From contig CM060733.1 in the NCBI GenBank assembly GCA_030704615.1, positions 1,302,001 to 1,366,000 of the forward strand: a stretch of 64,000 bases of DNA, given 5' to 3'. A program made the translations under genes and the position numbers. The notes below the pieces were generated by a model, which saw only the letters and a list, made by a program, of their open reading frames with translations, did no database searches and was not told the DNA's origin. How positions within the stretch are numbered: position 1 is the first letter of the stretch; every line of letters begins with the position of its first letter. Of this stretch, positions 63,685-64,000 are shown in pieces. This DNA is from Takakia lepidozioides (lineage: Eukaryota; Plantae; Bryophyta).

Positions 63685-64000
63685 GAAGGTAGACAATTGT
63701 AGCACCGCATCCCCACCATAGCATTCAAGAATATCCCGAACTACTTCCAATCGATGACAATTATGTGATTGCGCAATACATGCCTCAAACTTATCCCATT
63801 GTCGCCAAAACGACATTGCAACTGGTCATCTCGAAGCTCGAGGCAAACATCCCTCAGCTACTGGTCTAAACTGGTGTCTGATGTCACATCATGCTCAAAA
63901 TGCCTTGAAGGCCAACCAAAAAGATTTTGACCATTTCTTCTCGTAAGGATTCCGGTGCGTTTGCAAGGTGCTATCCATTACTTGCCGTTGCTCCAGGGCT

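Overview
Eukaryotic, intron-containing land-plant DNA. A RALF peptide gene, SHOC1 and QSOX are present; the piggyBac element and bacterial-type domains suggest a non-seed plant such as a bryophyte (inference). Host-type genes: a multi-exon RING-Pumilio(PUF)-RING gene (1.9-9.8 kb, +), an E2/UBC-F-box-TerD fusion gene with a frameshift (43.9-46.9 kb, +), RALF (48.1-48.5 kb, +), SHOC1 (49.7-53.4 kb, -) and QSOX (55.4-61.1 kb, -). From about 15 to 42.5 kb lies a nest of DNA transposons: a decayed piggyBac, an outer element with GGGT(T/G)ACA arrays and a zinc-finger...Ulp1-protease gene, and a discrete 11,339-bp Mutator-like element inserted in-frame into that gene (26933-38271, 11-bp TSD GGCGCGACGAC, imperfect TIRs). 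The Mutator-like element carries only two divergent genes: a GCM-like/DDE/SWIM transposase and a spliced ParB/Srx-domain + beta-class N4C/N6A DNA methyltransferase-like gene. Two introns of that gene hold 11 spaced copies of a 20-bp palindrome (GAATGTCGT-TG-ACGACATTC). This transposon-borne ParB-methyltransferase/palindrome module is the best candidate for an undescribed system. Domain calls come from motif recognition by eye; no searches were run.
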